Source: Azolla caroliniana
Taxonomy: Eukaryota; Plantae; Polypodiophyta
Length of the DNA: 64,000 nt
Reading direction: 5' to 3'
Assembly: GCA_043228905.1 (NCBI GenBank)
Contig: JBHGNT010000013.1
Location: forward strand, 5,518,001-5,582,000
Part shown: piece after piece, positions 49,746 to 64,000 of the stretch
Layout: each line of letters opens with the position of its first letter
Position numbering within the stretch: position 1 is the first letter of the stretch
Made by a program: the position numbers and the translations under genes
The notes under the pieces: generated by a model
What the model saw: only the letters and a program-made list of their open reading frames with translations
What the model was told of the DNA's origin: nothing
Database searches by the model: none

Positions 49746-52700
49746 CCGTTGGCGAAAATCTTTACGACATCGGAGATGAAGAACGTGCAATTTGAGAAGT
49801 ACACCGACTGCTTGGCCGGCAAGCAAAACCAAACCTCCTTCTGAGCCAGGCCCCCAACAAGGAAGACAATGCCGCTGGAACTCGCGCATACCGACATATG
49901 CTATGTGGACTTAAAATCTCAGGCTAGTTCAGAGTAGTTCGTGACCTTCATAGATGACTATAGTCGAAAGTTGTCGGCTTTCGTCTTGAAAACGAAGGAC
50001 CAAGATTGATGAAGTTTCAAGCGAGAGCTAAGAGAGAAATCGACCAAAAAACGAAGGCAGTCCGAGCGGACAATGGAAGCGAATACCAAGAGCAGTTTGA
50101 GGATTACTACCAATTGAAGGGAATCTGGTTCAAATACACCATGCTAAAGACGCCAGAGCTAAACGGGTTGGCTGAGAGGATGAATCAGACCATTATGGAA
50201 AGGGTCCAAAGTATGCTATCACATGCAACCTTGTCGAAGACGTTCTGACCTGAGGCGTCGATGACAACGGTGTACGTGATTAATAGATCACCCTTAGCAC
50301 CCTTGGACGGAGATGTTCCATAGAGAGTGTGGACTAGCAAAGACGTGTTGTACTGTCACCTAAAGGTGTTCGGTTGTCTTGCTTATGTGCATGTAGCTAA
50401 GGAACAAAGGGGAAAATTAGATCCGAAAACTCGGCTATGCATATTTAATCGGATTCAACGACAATGAATTCGGCTATTGGCTATGGGACTTAGCTGAGAA
50501 GAAAGTGATTTGGAGCCCAGACATTGACTTTATGGAGGAAAAAACCAAAGTCTATTGGGAGAAAGAGAAGCCGAATGCATCCGCCCGACAAGTCAGAAGC
50601 CGAACATCGATTGAGGAACAAGGGACGTCGACCGAATTTGGACCGAGAGTCGATTTGGTCATAGGCTAGTCGGGAATCGGAAATGAACCAGTCGCCAAGG
50701 AAATACTCGGCAAAATCAAGAACTGGGAACTGGGCAAAAGCAGACAGTCGGCCAAATGAGGATTCAATTTGGACGAAGAGCCGACTGAAATGGTTGAACC
50801 GGAGCTGAATGTGTCGAATGAAGGCCGACAATACCCTCTGAGAGAGAGAAGGCCCCCCAGAGATTTCCGGATAGTGAATATGTGTTGTTGACCGATAAGG
50901 GGGAGCTAGAGAGCTTCAAGGAAGCAAATAATGATACCCACAGTCGAGAGTGGTTGCATGTCATGCAAGACGAAATGGATGCCTTGCGTGAATGCCACAC
51001 ATACGAATTGACGGAGTTGTCGAAAGAGTAAAGAACACTCAGGAACAACTAGGTATACAAATGGAAGCCAGGAGAAAGCGGGAATCCACCAATATAAAAA
51101 TCCTGAATCATAGTGAAAGGTTTTCACTAGAAGAAGGGTGTGGATTTCGACGAGATATTCTCTCCAGTAGTAAAGATGACGTCAATCCAAACAATGTTGA
51201 GCATAGCGGCCAACATGGATCTCAAAGTCCAGCAGCTAGACATCAAGACAACCTTCCTGCGTGGAGATTTAGAGGAAGAGATTTATATGCAGCAGCTGGA
51301 AGGATTTGTGGAGAAAGGTAAAGAAAACCTGGTATGCCGATGGAGAAAGAGCCTGTATGAGCTGAAGTAGGCACCTCGGCAATGGTACCAAAAATTCAAA
51401 TCCTTCATGGTGGATCATAGTTTCGACAAGACACATGCCGATCATTGTGACTTTGTTAAGAAATATGATGGAGGAGACTTTCTCATCCTCTTGTTGTATG
51501 TTTACGACATGCTAATTGTCAAACAAGACCCGAAGAAAATCAGAAGTTTGAAGAAGGCCCTGACCAGGTCATCCTCGATGAAGGACATGGGTCCAACAAA
51601 GCAGATTCTAGGTATGCACATTGTTCGGTATCGGACAAAGAAGTTATTATGGTTGTCACAAGAGATGTGTGTGACAAAGGTGCTCCAGAGGTTCAACATG
51701 CAGAATTTGAAATCAGTCGGTTTGACACTGCCGACAAACTGCAAGTTGAGCAAAAACCAATGTCCGAAGATGAAAGCGAAAAAAGCTAAGATGATGAAGG
51801 TCCCTATGCCTTAGCAATCAGAAGCCTAATGTATGCAATGGTATGTACTAGGCCGGATATTGGACACGCAGTCGGAGTCATCAACCGATTCATGAGCAAT
51901 CCTGGCAAGGAACATTGGACAACAATCAAATGGATACGTCGATACCTGAGAGGCACCTCGAGCATGTGTCTTCGATTCAGCTCTGGTAACCCCACATTGG
52001 AAGGTTATACTAATTCGGACATTTCAGTTGATGCAGATACCAGCCGATCCACATTCAGAGACATAATGACCTATCCAAGGGGAGTTGTATCATGGTAGTT
52101 GAGGTTGTAGAAGGTCGTGGCACTATCGTCCACGGAAGCCGAGTATATGGCTCTAATAGAAGCCGACAAGCAAATAATATGGATGAAGGAGTTTATCAGA
52201 GAGTTGGGAATTCGGCAAAGAGGAATTCTAACTGTACAGTGATAGTTAGAGTGTCATCCACCTTGCGAAGAATGCCGCCTACCATTGAAGGACCAAGCAC
52301 ATACAAAGGAGATACCATTGGCTCCAAGAGAGAGTAAAAGCAAAGGAGTTGGCTCTAATGAAGATCCACACGGCTAAAAATGGATCAGACATGCTAACGA
52401 AGGTGTAGTGGCCTAAGAAGCTGAATGTGTGCCACCAAAGGGTTGGATTGATGAAGTACCCCTTGCTAGAGTGAAGGGGGAGTTTGTTGGGAAAATAGGT
52501 CCCACTAGATGGGAAGAAGAGAATGAACCGAATCAGATGGAATCAATGGGTAACAATCCGAAATCAGAAATTGATCAATCGAATAATCGATTTAGTAGCC
52601 GATTTGGGAGACTCTATTTGTAAATCGTCTTCATGTGCCCCCTGTGGGACTATATTTGTAAATAGCCTAGAAATTTGTATTAGTATAAATACAACTAGAG

Positions 52701-53091
52701 CAAATTGTATGAAGAAGTAGTGAATCATTAGTGTAGTTGAATATAGTTGTATAGTTACTGACGATGTCATGGCCTCTACAACTATGAGAGAGTGTGTGTC
52801 TGTGAGAGTTAGTGAATGTCTACTCTGTAACTGCGTGTCTATCAGACAAAGAAGATCTCAAGGTTGTTGCCTTAGATTTTCTTATTGTACTTCCTCTCTA
52901 CATAGTGATTTAGTTTGGAGTTTGTGGACTTCACTTCGTTTTTCCCATTTGGGTTTTCCACGCTAAAATCTTGTGTCTCTGTATTTTTTCGTTACAGTTG
53001 CTTTGTTTTCTATCTTAGCGTTTTCTTACTCATTTCTCTGCACCCGAATGTGTATACGAGAAACTAGTTGTGGCCGGTTATGATCTTAACA
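49746..53091 (+). mobile_element. Degenerate C2-type copia: IN-RT-RH, PPT ~52473-52482, 3' LTR 52485-53091
   Basis: RADNGSEY, ELNGLAERMNQT, DFDEIFSPVVK, MYAMVCTRPDI; GAAGGGGGAGTT then TGTTGGG. Confidence 0.88.
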
Positions 53092-53600
53092 CTTCTCACA
53101 ATCACAAGAGTCAACTGACTTGATGAATAATAAGACCTTGCTTGTATTGAGCACGGTCCGATCTAGCGCCGATAGTACAATAAATTTCTTCTTGAACTTC
53201 TGGAGAAGTACCGATGTGTTACTTCCCTTCCCGGGGAGCTCGGCCCACTCCATGAGCTCCTTCATCAACAACCAAAGTGAGTAATCTAAACCATACCACC
53301 CGAGGAGCCTTCCTTCGAGCTCCTCCGAATCGCGGCAGGCTGCTTGTATCTCTAGCACCTCGACGTGGATGCTCGACATCATGACCCTAGTGAAGTTGTT
53401 CAATTGCCTTTCTTCGGACATGTCAGTCATGAGCATCTTGACCTTATAGGACTCCAAATAACTTGTAACATCCTTTCCATTACATTGGCCTAACACACCA
53501 ACTATAGTTTCTATGGCCCTGTCAAGCCCCTCTTAGCTTTTCTTGAGCATTCACAAGGCTGTCTACGACAACTACCAATGCTTCTCCTAGTTCACCCCCT
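53092..53600 (-). pseudogene. Degenerate gypsy-type gag N-terminus; probable 5' LTR at ~53666-54450
   Basis: NGKDVTSYLESY...; TATACA followed by TGG on the minus strand at 53666/53665. Confidence 0.5.
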
Positions 53601-54457
53601 CTCATTTTGAAACTCCTTTGCTAACCTTTTCACATTGGGTTTGGGAAAGATGTCGCATATATCCATGTATACATGTCAGATTGGGTAGGACCACGGGAGT
53701 CTTGGACTAAGGAGCCAGAGGAAGGGTAGCAATCGAGTTTGCAGATCGATCCGGCTTGGCTACCGGATCCCTTTTTATTGAGCACATGGGCTTGCAGACA
53801 ACAAGTTAGGAACGTAGACACGACTCAGAGAGAGAGAGAGATAACACCACAGAGATCACCCGAATTCAACAACGGAACAATTGATTAAATATAGAGAAAA
53901 TACATTGGAATGGCCTCGAGCCGGAAAACAAAGCTTCAAGCTCAACAAAACACACCGATTAGTCAGCCTCTGGTCAGGAGCACACGGGCTTCCTACGCGA
54001 GCAAAGGCCTCACCAACACCTCAACGAATACACAAAGCAGGAAACCAAAACACTTGTTAGCATAAATCGACAACACCTTCTCCAAAATGGTGGATCCCTC
54101 TAACAATTGCCTTCCCTCCCTTTCATAGCTCCAAGGAGAGGGAAGGTCAATGTTACATCATGCCGTTTTTTTTTTGTCAAAGATCCTCCACCACTATTTC
54201 CTCCCATCACCCCTACCTTGTACTTAGTTATACTTCAATATTTACATTCTTTTGTACATTAGGCCGAGTTCTTGTGCATTCATGCACACCCTTGTTCACA
54301 CGCATCCGGCGAAGATTTCTCCTAGTGGTCTTTATATACTAACGATTGAAAATAAACAAGGTATTTATGGAGATAGATACCCTATCTCCAGAAAGGGAAG
54401 TAACCTTTCTTTCCCCAAAATATCTTACTTCACCAATTATTATGATGTACTTAGGGA

Positions 54458-55750
54458 CGAATATCAAGGTGCGACTGTCGCGACGTGCGAAGTCATATGG
54501 CTGAAGCGGCTACTACGGGATCTGCAAGTAGAGGTGTCCGATCCGACGGCGATCTATTGTGACAACCTCATCAGTATCCACCTTGCAAAGAACCCTGTAT
54601 TCCACGCCCAGACCAAGCATATTGAGGTGCACTATCACTTTGTCCGCAAGCGGGTCCTTTTAGGTGAAGTCGAATTGGTGCATGTTCCGACTGATCGGCA
54701 AGTTGCCGACATATTCACCAAACCTCTTGGTCTCGACAAGTTACGACATTTCTTGGGTGAGCTTGGGTTGTGTCACCTTGACACGATGAACTTGAGGGGG
54801 AGAAAGGAAGAACAGGGACAAGAGCGTGAAAAGAGCAGAGGTGATCATCACGGCGGAAGTGACCGTGATGAATTCGGATGATGAATTCGATTTCGAACCG
54901 GCTAAAGAAGCCGAAGAAAAGAGCAAGGTCCATAATTGTAAGAAAGAGCCGAGGACAGCCAAATTAGGGGGAGATAAGGCCAAGATCAAGACGTGGTTTG
55001 ATATCGTCAAAGGCCTCAAGATCGAAAATGAATTGGAAACATCCAATTCAGATGAAAGCGGAATTGAATCGGAAGTATTCGATTCAATCGGAATGTTTGA
55101 TTTGGATATGCCGAATCGACTGATGGCCATGCGGAGGAAAGGGCAGTGAAGGACGCACCAACACCGCAACAACAAGAGAGCTAAGAAGGGCCAGATGAGT
55201 AGACAAGCCAATAGGAAGGGCCGACCCAAAGGGTCGAACGGGTCGAGGATCGCGAGCGAGGCGTAAAGACCAGGAGGAGCCGGAGCGTAGATCCAGCAGA
55301 GCAGGTGGAACCTCAAGTTGAGCTTGAGGGGGAGTGTTGAGTGACAAGCTCAACATTGGGTGCGTAATACGATGCATAGCCCAGTGCGTAGACTGGGTGC
55401 GTAAATCGGTATGCATAACATGACCGTAATGGTGTGGACACCGAGAGGCCATTAGAGTATTATTCCTCGTAAAGGAATAATTTTGGAGTGAGTGTCGAGG
55501 CTCATTTATGAGCATTCAAGAACTATCAGTACTTGTGTCAGCCCGATTGTCAGGGCTTGTATAAAAGGTGCTCATTGAGCATAGTGTATGTACAGAGGCT
55601 CATTTTTGAATTAGTGTTTTTTCCTGTTGTTTGCTCTCTCTGTCTCTCCCTCTCCATCTTTGTGTTTTCCGTGTATACCGAACTGTCTTATTTCCGAACT
55701 GTATACTCTGTGGTTAAGCAACATGCTTCCGCATAACGTATTCTTTTACA
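54458..55750 (+). mobile_element. 3' end of a diverged C1-type copia: RNase H, extension, PPT 55324-55334, LTR 55335-55750
   Basis: IYCDN, KNPVFHAQTKHIEVHYHF, ADIFTKPL; TTGAGGGGGAG then TGTTGAG...TTTTACA. Confidence 0.92.
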
Positions 55751-55799
55751 AGGTTTATACACATCATTTAAGTAATTGTAAATGTTCTTTCCCTCACTA

Positions 55800-58700
55800 T
55801 GTATTGGGTCCCAATGATTTACTACATGCAAATCGGTATATCAATGGATCTCCCGTCAAAAATTTATTTGATTCGGGAAGCTCACACAACTTTGTGAATG
55901 ATCGTTTGGTTCCGACATGGGGAATCCAACCCACCGTAAGTGATCACACATATACGGTGCACTTGGCTGATGGAAGAGTATGATACGTCAACGGGGCGAT
56001 TCATTCTTCAAAAATTTCTATTGATACTTATATAGAGGAAGTAGACTTCCATGTAATGAATCTTTGTACCATTGATGTAATACTGGGTTATCCCTGGTTT
56101 TATAATAAAAACTCTTCTTTATTTATTGATTGGGTTCATCATTCCATTTCCTTTGTAGTGAACGATTGTACTCATTTTATTCAATGTGTAAAAAAACAAT
56201 CTCTCTTGACTGTTTCCACTCCATCAATTTCTGAGTTGTCCTGTTCTACTTTATTTTATTGTGTACTTGATCCAGACATTCACATTTACAATATCGATAA
56301 TGTCTCGGTTCAATTAACATATTTTGAACAACAACAACTCCATGAAATCTTAAATGATTTCCATGATGTTTTTCTGAGTGAACTAGCAGACGGGTTACCT
56401 CCTAAACATAATATAGACCATTTTATAGATATTGTACTTGGTGTTGCACCAATAAGTATACCTCCTTATCGATTAAGTCGCTCTGAAGAGGATGAGGTAT
56501 CTAAGCAACTCAAGGATTATTTACAAATGGGTTATATACGTTATAGTAAATCTCCATGGGGTGCACCTGTTCTCTTGGTAAAAAAGAAAGAGGGCACATG
56601 GCATATGTGTATTAATTATCGACGCTTGAATAAAGTGACGATCAAGAATTCATATCCATTGCCCCGGGCTAACGATCTAATTGACCGTCTCCAAGGAGCT
56701 CGGTATTTTACAAAACTTGATCTCCGTACTGGCTACCATCAAATTCTTATAAGTGAGGATGATGTTCCTAAAATGGCATTTCGTACGCGCTATGGCCATT
56801 ATGAGATTTTGGTTATGCCTTTTGGTTTGACCAATGCTCCGGCCACATTTCAACAAGAAATGAATGACATTTTCCAAGAACAACTTGTAAAATTTGTCAT
56901 TATTTTCTTGGATGATATTTTAGTTTATAGTCCTACATTAGAAGAACATGTTAAACATGTCCGCTTCATTTTACAAACATTGCGTGACAAATAGTTTTAT
57001 GCGAAGATCTCAAAATGTAAGTTCTTCAAGAAAATCAAACTTTGGCCCACTCTTTGGAATATTCGAGAAGTTCGATCATTCCTTGGTTTTGTCAAGTTTT
57101 TGTGAAAATCTCTTCATAATTACTCCCAATTGACAACACCATTTACTAATCTTCTAAAAGGTCAAACGCATAAGTCTACAAAACCTATTGTGTGGAATGC
57201 TACACTAGACATCACCTTTAAGGAACTCAAGGACTTGGTGTGCAAGGCTCCTTCACTTCTTTTACCCGATCCTTCAAAACCTTTTGAGGTTGAAACCAAC
57301 GCAAGCGATTATGCTATAGGTGTTGTCTTATATCAAGATAGTAAACCAATAGCATTCGAGAGTAAGAAACTTGATTCTTCTCAATGTTGGTATACCGTTC
57401 AAGAAAAGGAATTATTTGCAATTGTACATGCACTCAAAACATGGCACCATTATCTTTATGGAAATCGTTTTGTGGTAACTACGGACCACGAGTCCTTGAA
57501 ATATTTTTATGACCAACAAGACCTGAATTGTCGTAAGGCACGATGGGTTGATCCCATATAGGACTTCAATTTTTCCATACGATATCGTAAAGGTTCCATG
57601 AGCACTGTCGCTGATGCACTAAGTCACATCCATGAAGTTAACATGCTTAGCTTCACTGAAATAACATCAGATCTTTATGATCAACTTCGAGGAAAGTATC
57701 CTGATGAAAGTTATTTTGCAAAATACTGGGCAAGAGTTGAGTCTGGAACAAACACCACCACATCCTCGAAGGAATACTTCCACATTGCCAACGGTCTGCT
57801 CTACCGTAATAGGAAGGTTTGTGTTCCAGATTTACTTGAGGTCAAAAAGAGGATTCTTTTTTCATGCCATGATGCACCCTCAATTGGGCACCCTAGAATA
57901 CATCGTACACTCGTTCTCATTTGCACTCAATTTTATTGGCCTAAGATGCGTCCTGACATACATAGCTATGTGACTAAATGTCACCAATGTCAGGTTAACA
58001 AAGCCGAGCGACTTAAAGCCGCAGAACTTTTTCCTCCCTTGGAAATTCCCAATAATAAGTGGGAAAGTATATCCATGGATTTTATTGTTAGCCTTCCTCT
58101 CACCCAAAAAGGTCATGATGCCATCTGGGTTGTGTTTGACAAACTAACTAAAATGGCCAGATTTATTGCTACTAAAACCACGGTAACAGCTCCTTAATTG
58201 GCTTATCTATTCGTTGAAGAGTTATTTCATTTTTATGGGTTACCGATGGATATCGTGAGTGATCGAGATACAAAGTTTACTAGTGACTTCTGGACGCAAG
58301 TCTTTAAGAAGTTAGAAACTACGTTGACCATGAGCTCCACGGATCATCCTCAATCCAATGGACAGACAAAACGAGTAAATCAAATTATTGAGGACATGAG
58401 TCGAGCATATGTTGGTGCAAAACCAACAAAATGGGAACGTTATCTCCTAGTTTTGGAGTTTGCTTATAATATCTCCAAGCATACGTCGACGGGATATAGT
58501 CCTTTTATGTTGATGTATGCTTTTCAACCACGTGCCCCGATTGATGTTAATATACATCATGATGAGTTGCAAAGTGCGCAAAACTTTCTTCGAGATATGC
58601 AAAATATGTTGCATATTGCACGAGATAATATAAAAACTGCTCAAGATAGAGTGTGTTTTTATGTCGATCATCATAGGCAACCTCATGTATTCAACCCTAG

Positions 58701-59130
58701 ACAGAAGGTATTTTTACATGTACCTCAATATTCTAAGACATTGTCTACGAGTAAGTGCGCTAAGTTAGCCCCATGGTTTTGTGGACCTTTTATAGTCCTA
58801 AAAAGCATTGGTTCATCAACCTATCGTCTCGCTCTTCCTAATGGCGTTGAAATTTATCCAGTTTTTCATGTAAGTCGTCTAAAAGAACTTCTAGGTTTTG
58901 GCGACAATACAGTTACAACTAAAACTCTGGTTACTTCTGAAGAATTATCTTCTAAACCACATGTATCGGAAAGAATTCTCAATGTTAAAACAAAAAAATT
59001 GTGTAATAAAGAAATCCGAGAATTTAAAATTAAATGGATGGGTAAATCTATCAAAGATGCCACATGGGAACGCGAAAATACTCTTAGAACTAACTTCCAT
59101 AACTTTCCATTGCAAGAGTGCAGTGTTTTA
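55800..59130 (+). pseudogene. pol: Degenerate chromoviral gypsy pol (PR-RT-RH-IN-chromodomain)
   Basis: [53 protein letters not shown]...DATWE. Confidence 0.92.
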
Positions 59131-59143
59131 AAGAGGGGGAGTA

Positions 59144-59693
59144 TGTTACAGGCATGACCATATAATATCCCGTGGTGAGAATTTACCATAATATTCTATA
59201 CACGTGGATAAGTGTGAGGGTTAAACGAGAGTGTAAAGAAGGTGAGGATTACTTTTAATCCTCAAGATTGAGACAACCCATCAGGCCAAGTGTGAACTTG
59301 CCTAGGGGCCTTGGGTATCGCTATAAATATGAGGCCTAGCTACCCTCATTTGATCATCTTTTGACTACGTCGAGACTCTGTTTCATGGTGGGTCAACTCT
59401 TGTAGCAAGCGCGCCAGCACTAGGTACGACTCGACACCACGGCAGTGGTATGGGACGTCGATCGAGGATCGAGTCCGTCGCGATCCCTTCGCTCAGGGGT
59501 GGTCGGGTGGATCTTCTTTCTTTCTCTCTTTTCTATCTATCTATCTATCTATCTTTTATCTTTATCCTTTTCTTACATTAGTTCATAACTCCTACGTCCT
59601 ATGCGCTACGCAAACCCCCTATCCCTTGCACCACGATCACCTTGATACCTACCTCGAAGGACTGAGGGTGGGTCGTGTTCCTAACCGGTAACA
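59144..59693 (+). repeat. 3' LTR of the chromoviral element (550 bp)
   Basis: PPT AAGAGGGGGAG then TGTTAC...GTAACA; TATAAATA at ~59322. Confidence 0.85.
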
Positions 59694-61024
59694 TACTCAT
59701 AATTACCTGTAGTTATAATAACATATACTTGACCTAGGGCAACAATTCTGGATTGGTAAAGTATTGGACGTGGTGATGCATGAAAACCAAAAATTAGATA
59801 AAGTCTACAAAGGTGCATTGGTACAACATTAAAAGCAAGAATGCATTTACAAGCAAGTATACATTGGAGATGATGAAATGCCTAATATCAAGAGGGAAAG
59901 AAATATTCGTAACACATCGACCCTTGACATGCATGAGGTGTATATCACTATGTACAACTTTCCATTAACAAAACCTAGACATTTACGAAAGTCAACTATA
60001 GACATAATAAAAGAGAAATTGCCAAGTCTACAACACTTCTTCGATCGAAGGCAGACCAGATCTTCTACACATGATTTGGATCACAAAATTTGGTTTTAGA
60101 TGAAGACAATGCTTTCATTGGTACATTTGATAATGAGGAGTATGAGTCACCATTGTATACTAGGCTTTATAGTAGTGATTCTTACGAGAGGAATAACTCT
60201 TTATTGTAATTTTGGCATGATAAGTTAACAATATAAGCTTGTAAGAGCTCGAACGATATAAAGATTAATTGTTTTTAAATCAATCACTCCTTGTGAGTAT
60301 TGTTTGTCATAAAAAACATGACTTGTTAATTTTGCGGTTAAAAACATGGCTTACATTTGTGAAATTTGCCTAGTTTTGTGAACTTTCAATTTTATGAAAT
60401 GGTGAGATTTTAAGCTTTTCCATTGAGTCTTTCAAGACATGTGATACAAGTATCACATGTTTGGTAAGATGGTTAAAAAAACTCTGAAATCAAATGGAAT
60501 ATTCCAATTTTGCGCGATCCTTCCACTTCTGAACACGAACCTGTTCTTCACATTCTGGTTGTGCTTGCACTGGTTCCATATGTGTTACTTTTATCAGGAG
60601 TTTCATTGCCGGCTCCTTCTTCTAACTCTATTATTTTTGTCACTTTTTCTTGCATTGGTTGAAAGGTCACACAATAAATGTATGATCAAGCCAGTAGATG
60701 TTTTCTTGTATTATTCATTGTCGATTATACTCATCTAATGAGCAAGAGGATAAAGTCACAGAAACTACACAAAAATTTAGTAGTTAGGGGTATTAGCCAC
60801 GTCTCTAGGTATTTCCTCCACCGACATGAGGCATGTCGCCATATACTAATGAATGTGTTACACTAATCATTATGAGTGTTTGTGGCTACCTAAGAGCAAT
60901 TGAAAAAGCTAAATAAAAATGTTAAGGGGTTGAATCACATTTTAATTTAATTGAAAATGTCAATTTTGTAATATATGAGAAACAATTTGTTTTTGTATTA
61001 CTTACTATAGGGTCTATTCATTTC

Positions 61025-61749
61025 ATAAGCAATGAGTGATATAAAATGGTATATTCACACACACACACACATGTTTAGAAAACAAAGTACTTCAAACCAA
61101 TGTGAGGGAGAGGAAAAGAGAGAAAGAGACAATGAAATAATTAAAGCTTGAACTAGTACTGAAGCATGTTTCCAAGGTCTAGATAAAGAATTCCAACTCC
61201 TATTTCTATAAGCTTTCTCCTAACACTACATCTCTATTGTTTAGTTGGATGGACCCTCACTCATTGCAGGACGAATCCTCCAACTAAACAACCTTATTGT
61301 ACCTCTTGATTTTTTTGCATTTGAAATTATATTAATACATCAAAGTTTGATAGCTTTGAACTCTCTACAATTACCTCATTTAGGTGCCAATGAACATATA
61401 ATATTGATTGCATCATATCCATGACTTGATGGTAAGATAATGATGGATGTCTTCTAACAACAGACTAGATGTTTCCAATAATGAAAGAAACCACAACAAA
61501 TTACCTCGTAATCTTCTATTTGCATGTGTAGTCTAACTTTGGCATCACAATGTAGGACCAGAATTGAAAATTGATCTCATATTTGAATTTTATATATAAG
61601 ACCAATGAGTGATATAAAATGGTATATATATATATATATATACTTGTTTAGAAAACCAACTACATCAAACCAAAGTGAGGGATAGGAAAAGAGAGAAAGA
61701 GACAATGAAATAAGTAAAGCTTGAAGTGGTGTTGAAGCATATTTCCAAT
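61025..61749. repeat. Two diverged copies of a ~150-bp segment (61025-61177 and 61597-61749)
   Basis: CAATGAGTGATATAAAATGGTATAT...GGAAAAGAGAGAAAGAGACAATGAAATAA...GAAGCAT.TTTCCAA in both. Confidence 0.85.
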
Positions 61750-61758
61750 GTTTGGATA

Positions 61759-61951
61759 TGTTGGGAATATGTCCCTCCAGTGGGAGGAGCCGATTGTTCG
61801 GGCCGAGAAGAACCAACTGTTCAGGAAGAGCCGATAGTCGAACAGTCGACAGTAGACAGTCAACTTATTAACTGTTGATTATTACTATAACTATAATAAT
61901 AATAGTAGCGATGTGTTGTAGGGGCTACACTTGTAAATACTCCATATGATG

Positions 61952-62010
<59 letters not shown>

Positions 62011-64000
62011 GGCAAATATAGCGTTAGATGTGTGTGAGCATAGAAAAGATAGTAGTACGTGTGAAGTAGGTGTGTAGCCAAGCACGAGAGAGGAGAAGAG
62101 TGTGTGTACCAACAGACGCCAAGAGCCATGCATGGCTAATACACTCGACAAAAAGAGTGTTGTAACCTCCTCCATTTTATATCCATAATATAGTGAAGCT
62201 CTGCTCTTTAGTGGTTTTCTCCGGTTTTAGGGTTTCCACGTTAAAATCTGTATGCATTGTTTTTCGTATGTGTCTGAGTAGTGTATTTCAACATATTCCC
62301 TCTTGTGGATTAACAATTCAATTCGCAACAAACTGGTATCAGAGCTTGAGGTGCAAGCATGGAAGGAGGTGTGAGCGGCTTCCTAGGTATGATAGTTCTA
62401 AACTCACAAAACTATGTAGACTGGAAGATAAAGATGGAAGACCTTCTCATAGTGAAAGATTTGTATGAGCCCGTCGATAGAGCAGATATACCTAGGGGGG
62501 TATTGGTGTCAGAATGGAATCTTCTTAACAGAAAGGAGGTGGCCACAATCTGACCATGTGTCGATGTAAGTGTTCTTCAGCATGTGGCGAATGACACGAA
62601 TGCCTACGAGATGTGGTAGAAGCTGCCAGCCCTATATGAGAGGAAGAATGTGCTCAATAAAACCTCACTGATGAGAAATATTGTTTGGTTGAAATACAGA
62701 GATGGTGAGAGCATCGTCGAACACATCAACACAAAAATGGGGTATGTGAATCAACTAGTTGCAACAAGGTTTCCCCTAGAAGATGAAATGTAGGCGATTC
62801 TGCTACTGTGCACCCTATCAGATAGCTAGGAGAATCAAGTGGTGACTCTTAGCACCTTGTGTCAAGAAGAGAACTTGTCTCTTCAAGCTGTGAAGACAAG
62901 TATCGTTTCTTGAAGACAAGTATCTTAAACGAGGAGACAAGGAGGAAGGACAAGGGTGTCCTCTCTCAGGCAAATGCGAATGTGGCACAACATTCAGACA
63001 GAGGAAGGAACTGGCGAAGAAGTCCACAATGAAGGGACAAATCCCGTGCAAGATCGAAGTCTAGAGGTAAGCCAACATGCTTTTATTGTGGAAAACCTAG
63101 ACACTTCTAGAAGGACAACCGACACATGAGGAAGAACAAAGGTGTCGGTAATGGTGTCAAACCTAGGAAGATTCATGATGAAAAGAACACTTTGGCCATT
63201 GCTACAAGCAATGAAGAACATCTTCTCATCTGTGAACAGACAATTGCAAATCTTGCAAGTGTAGAATGCACTTGGGTGATCGACTATGGGGGCATCTTTC
63301 CATATAACTCAGTCGAGAGAGTATTTCTCAACTTACATAGCTGGGGATCATGGGTATGTAAAGATGGGTGACAATTGAGAGTGCAAGATAGTTGGAGACG
63401 GAAGTGTCTGCTTGAGGACGTCGACAGGGTGTCGACAAACTCTAAAGGATGTTCGGAACTTCCTCGATATTAGATTGAATTTGATATAGAATGGAAGGAT
63501 GGATGGCGAAGGCTACAGTGGTAGCTTTCGGAATGGCAAGTGGAAGTTCTGCCAAGGAAATCTCATAGTGGCCCAAGCACAGAAAGAAGGCACATTATAT
63601 ATGATGCATGCCTGACTGTGCAAAGTTGGAAGTGAACATGGAAGCCGACTCAACATAAGAGATATGGCACAAGAGGCTAGGCCACATGAGTGAGAAGGGA
63701 TTGCATTTGTTAGCCGGCCAGAAACTTCTACCAAAAGTCAAGGGAGAGGAGTGCATCGACTTCTTAGTTGGAAAGTAGAACAGAGCAACATTCCACTCAA
63801 GATCACCAAAAAGAAGAGAAGTGCTACTGGAACTAGTACACATGGATGTGTGTTATGTGGAAGCTCCATCACAATGAGGCGGATAGTACTTTGTGACATT
63901 TATTGACAACTATAGTCCGAAGACATGGGCCTTCGTACCGAAGTCAAAGAATCAAGTATTGTCATTCTTCAAGGAGTTCCAAGCAAGAGCCAAACGAGAG
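61759..64000 (+). mobile_element. 5' part of a degenerate C2-type copia: LTR 61759-62330, Met PBS 62334-62345, gag-PR-IN from 62359
   Basis: TGTTGGG...CAACA, TGGTATCAGAGC, LNSQNYVDWKIKMEDLL, CFYCGKPRH, WHKRLGHMSEKG. Confidence 0.9.
61954..62007. repeat. (TG)27 microsatellite inside the LTR
   Basis: Seen directly. Confidence 0.95.

Noticed and set aside
59144-59220. A fourth antisense tRNA cassette (ATGGTAA on the minus strand)
   Set aside because: No B box at the expected distance.
59760-60200. Possible DNA-transposase remnant
   Set aside because: Short broken frame with no catalytic motif or terminal repeats that I can recognise.

Overview
The window is essentially all transposon DNA: a deeply nested stack of plant-type LTR retrotransposons plus one LINE, with no intact host gene. 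The lineage mix suggests a non-seed land plant such as a moss or lycophyte (inference). Main components: two related non-chromoviral Ty3/gypsy elements (1-7516 minus, running off the left edge; 11763-21759 plus, full length, TSD CCAAT), each with gag-pol, an internal poly(A) tract and a conserved extra sense ORF; several chromoviral gypsy remnants; two copia families in many copies (complete insertions at 35573-40765 and 42429-46737); and a 5'-truncated LINE inside an LTR. Most notable signals: (1) three otherwise dissimilar gypsy-type LTRs carry an antisense tRNA-derived A-box/B-box cassette in U3, and one of these elements shows a Tf1-type self-priming signature instead of a tRNA PBS; (2) a U3 module shared between gypsy and copia LTRs; (3) a ~970-aa extra ORF with a conserved N-terminal domain and long coiled coil; (4) copia Pol with a charged C-terminal extension between two PPT copies, and a covarying hairpin array around the LTR TATA box. 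All alignments, folds and coordinates were done by eye and may be off by a few bases.
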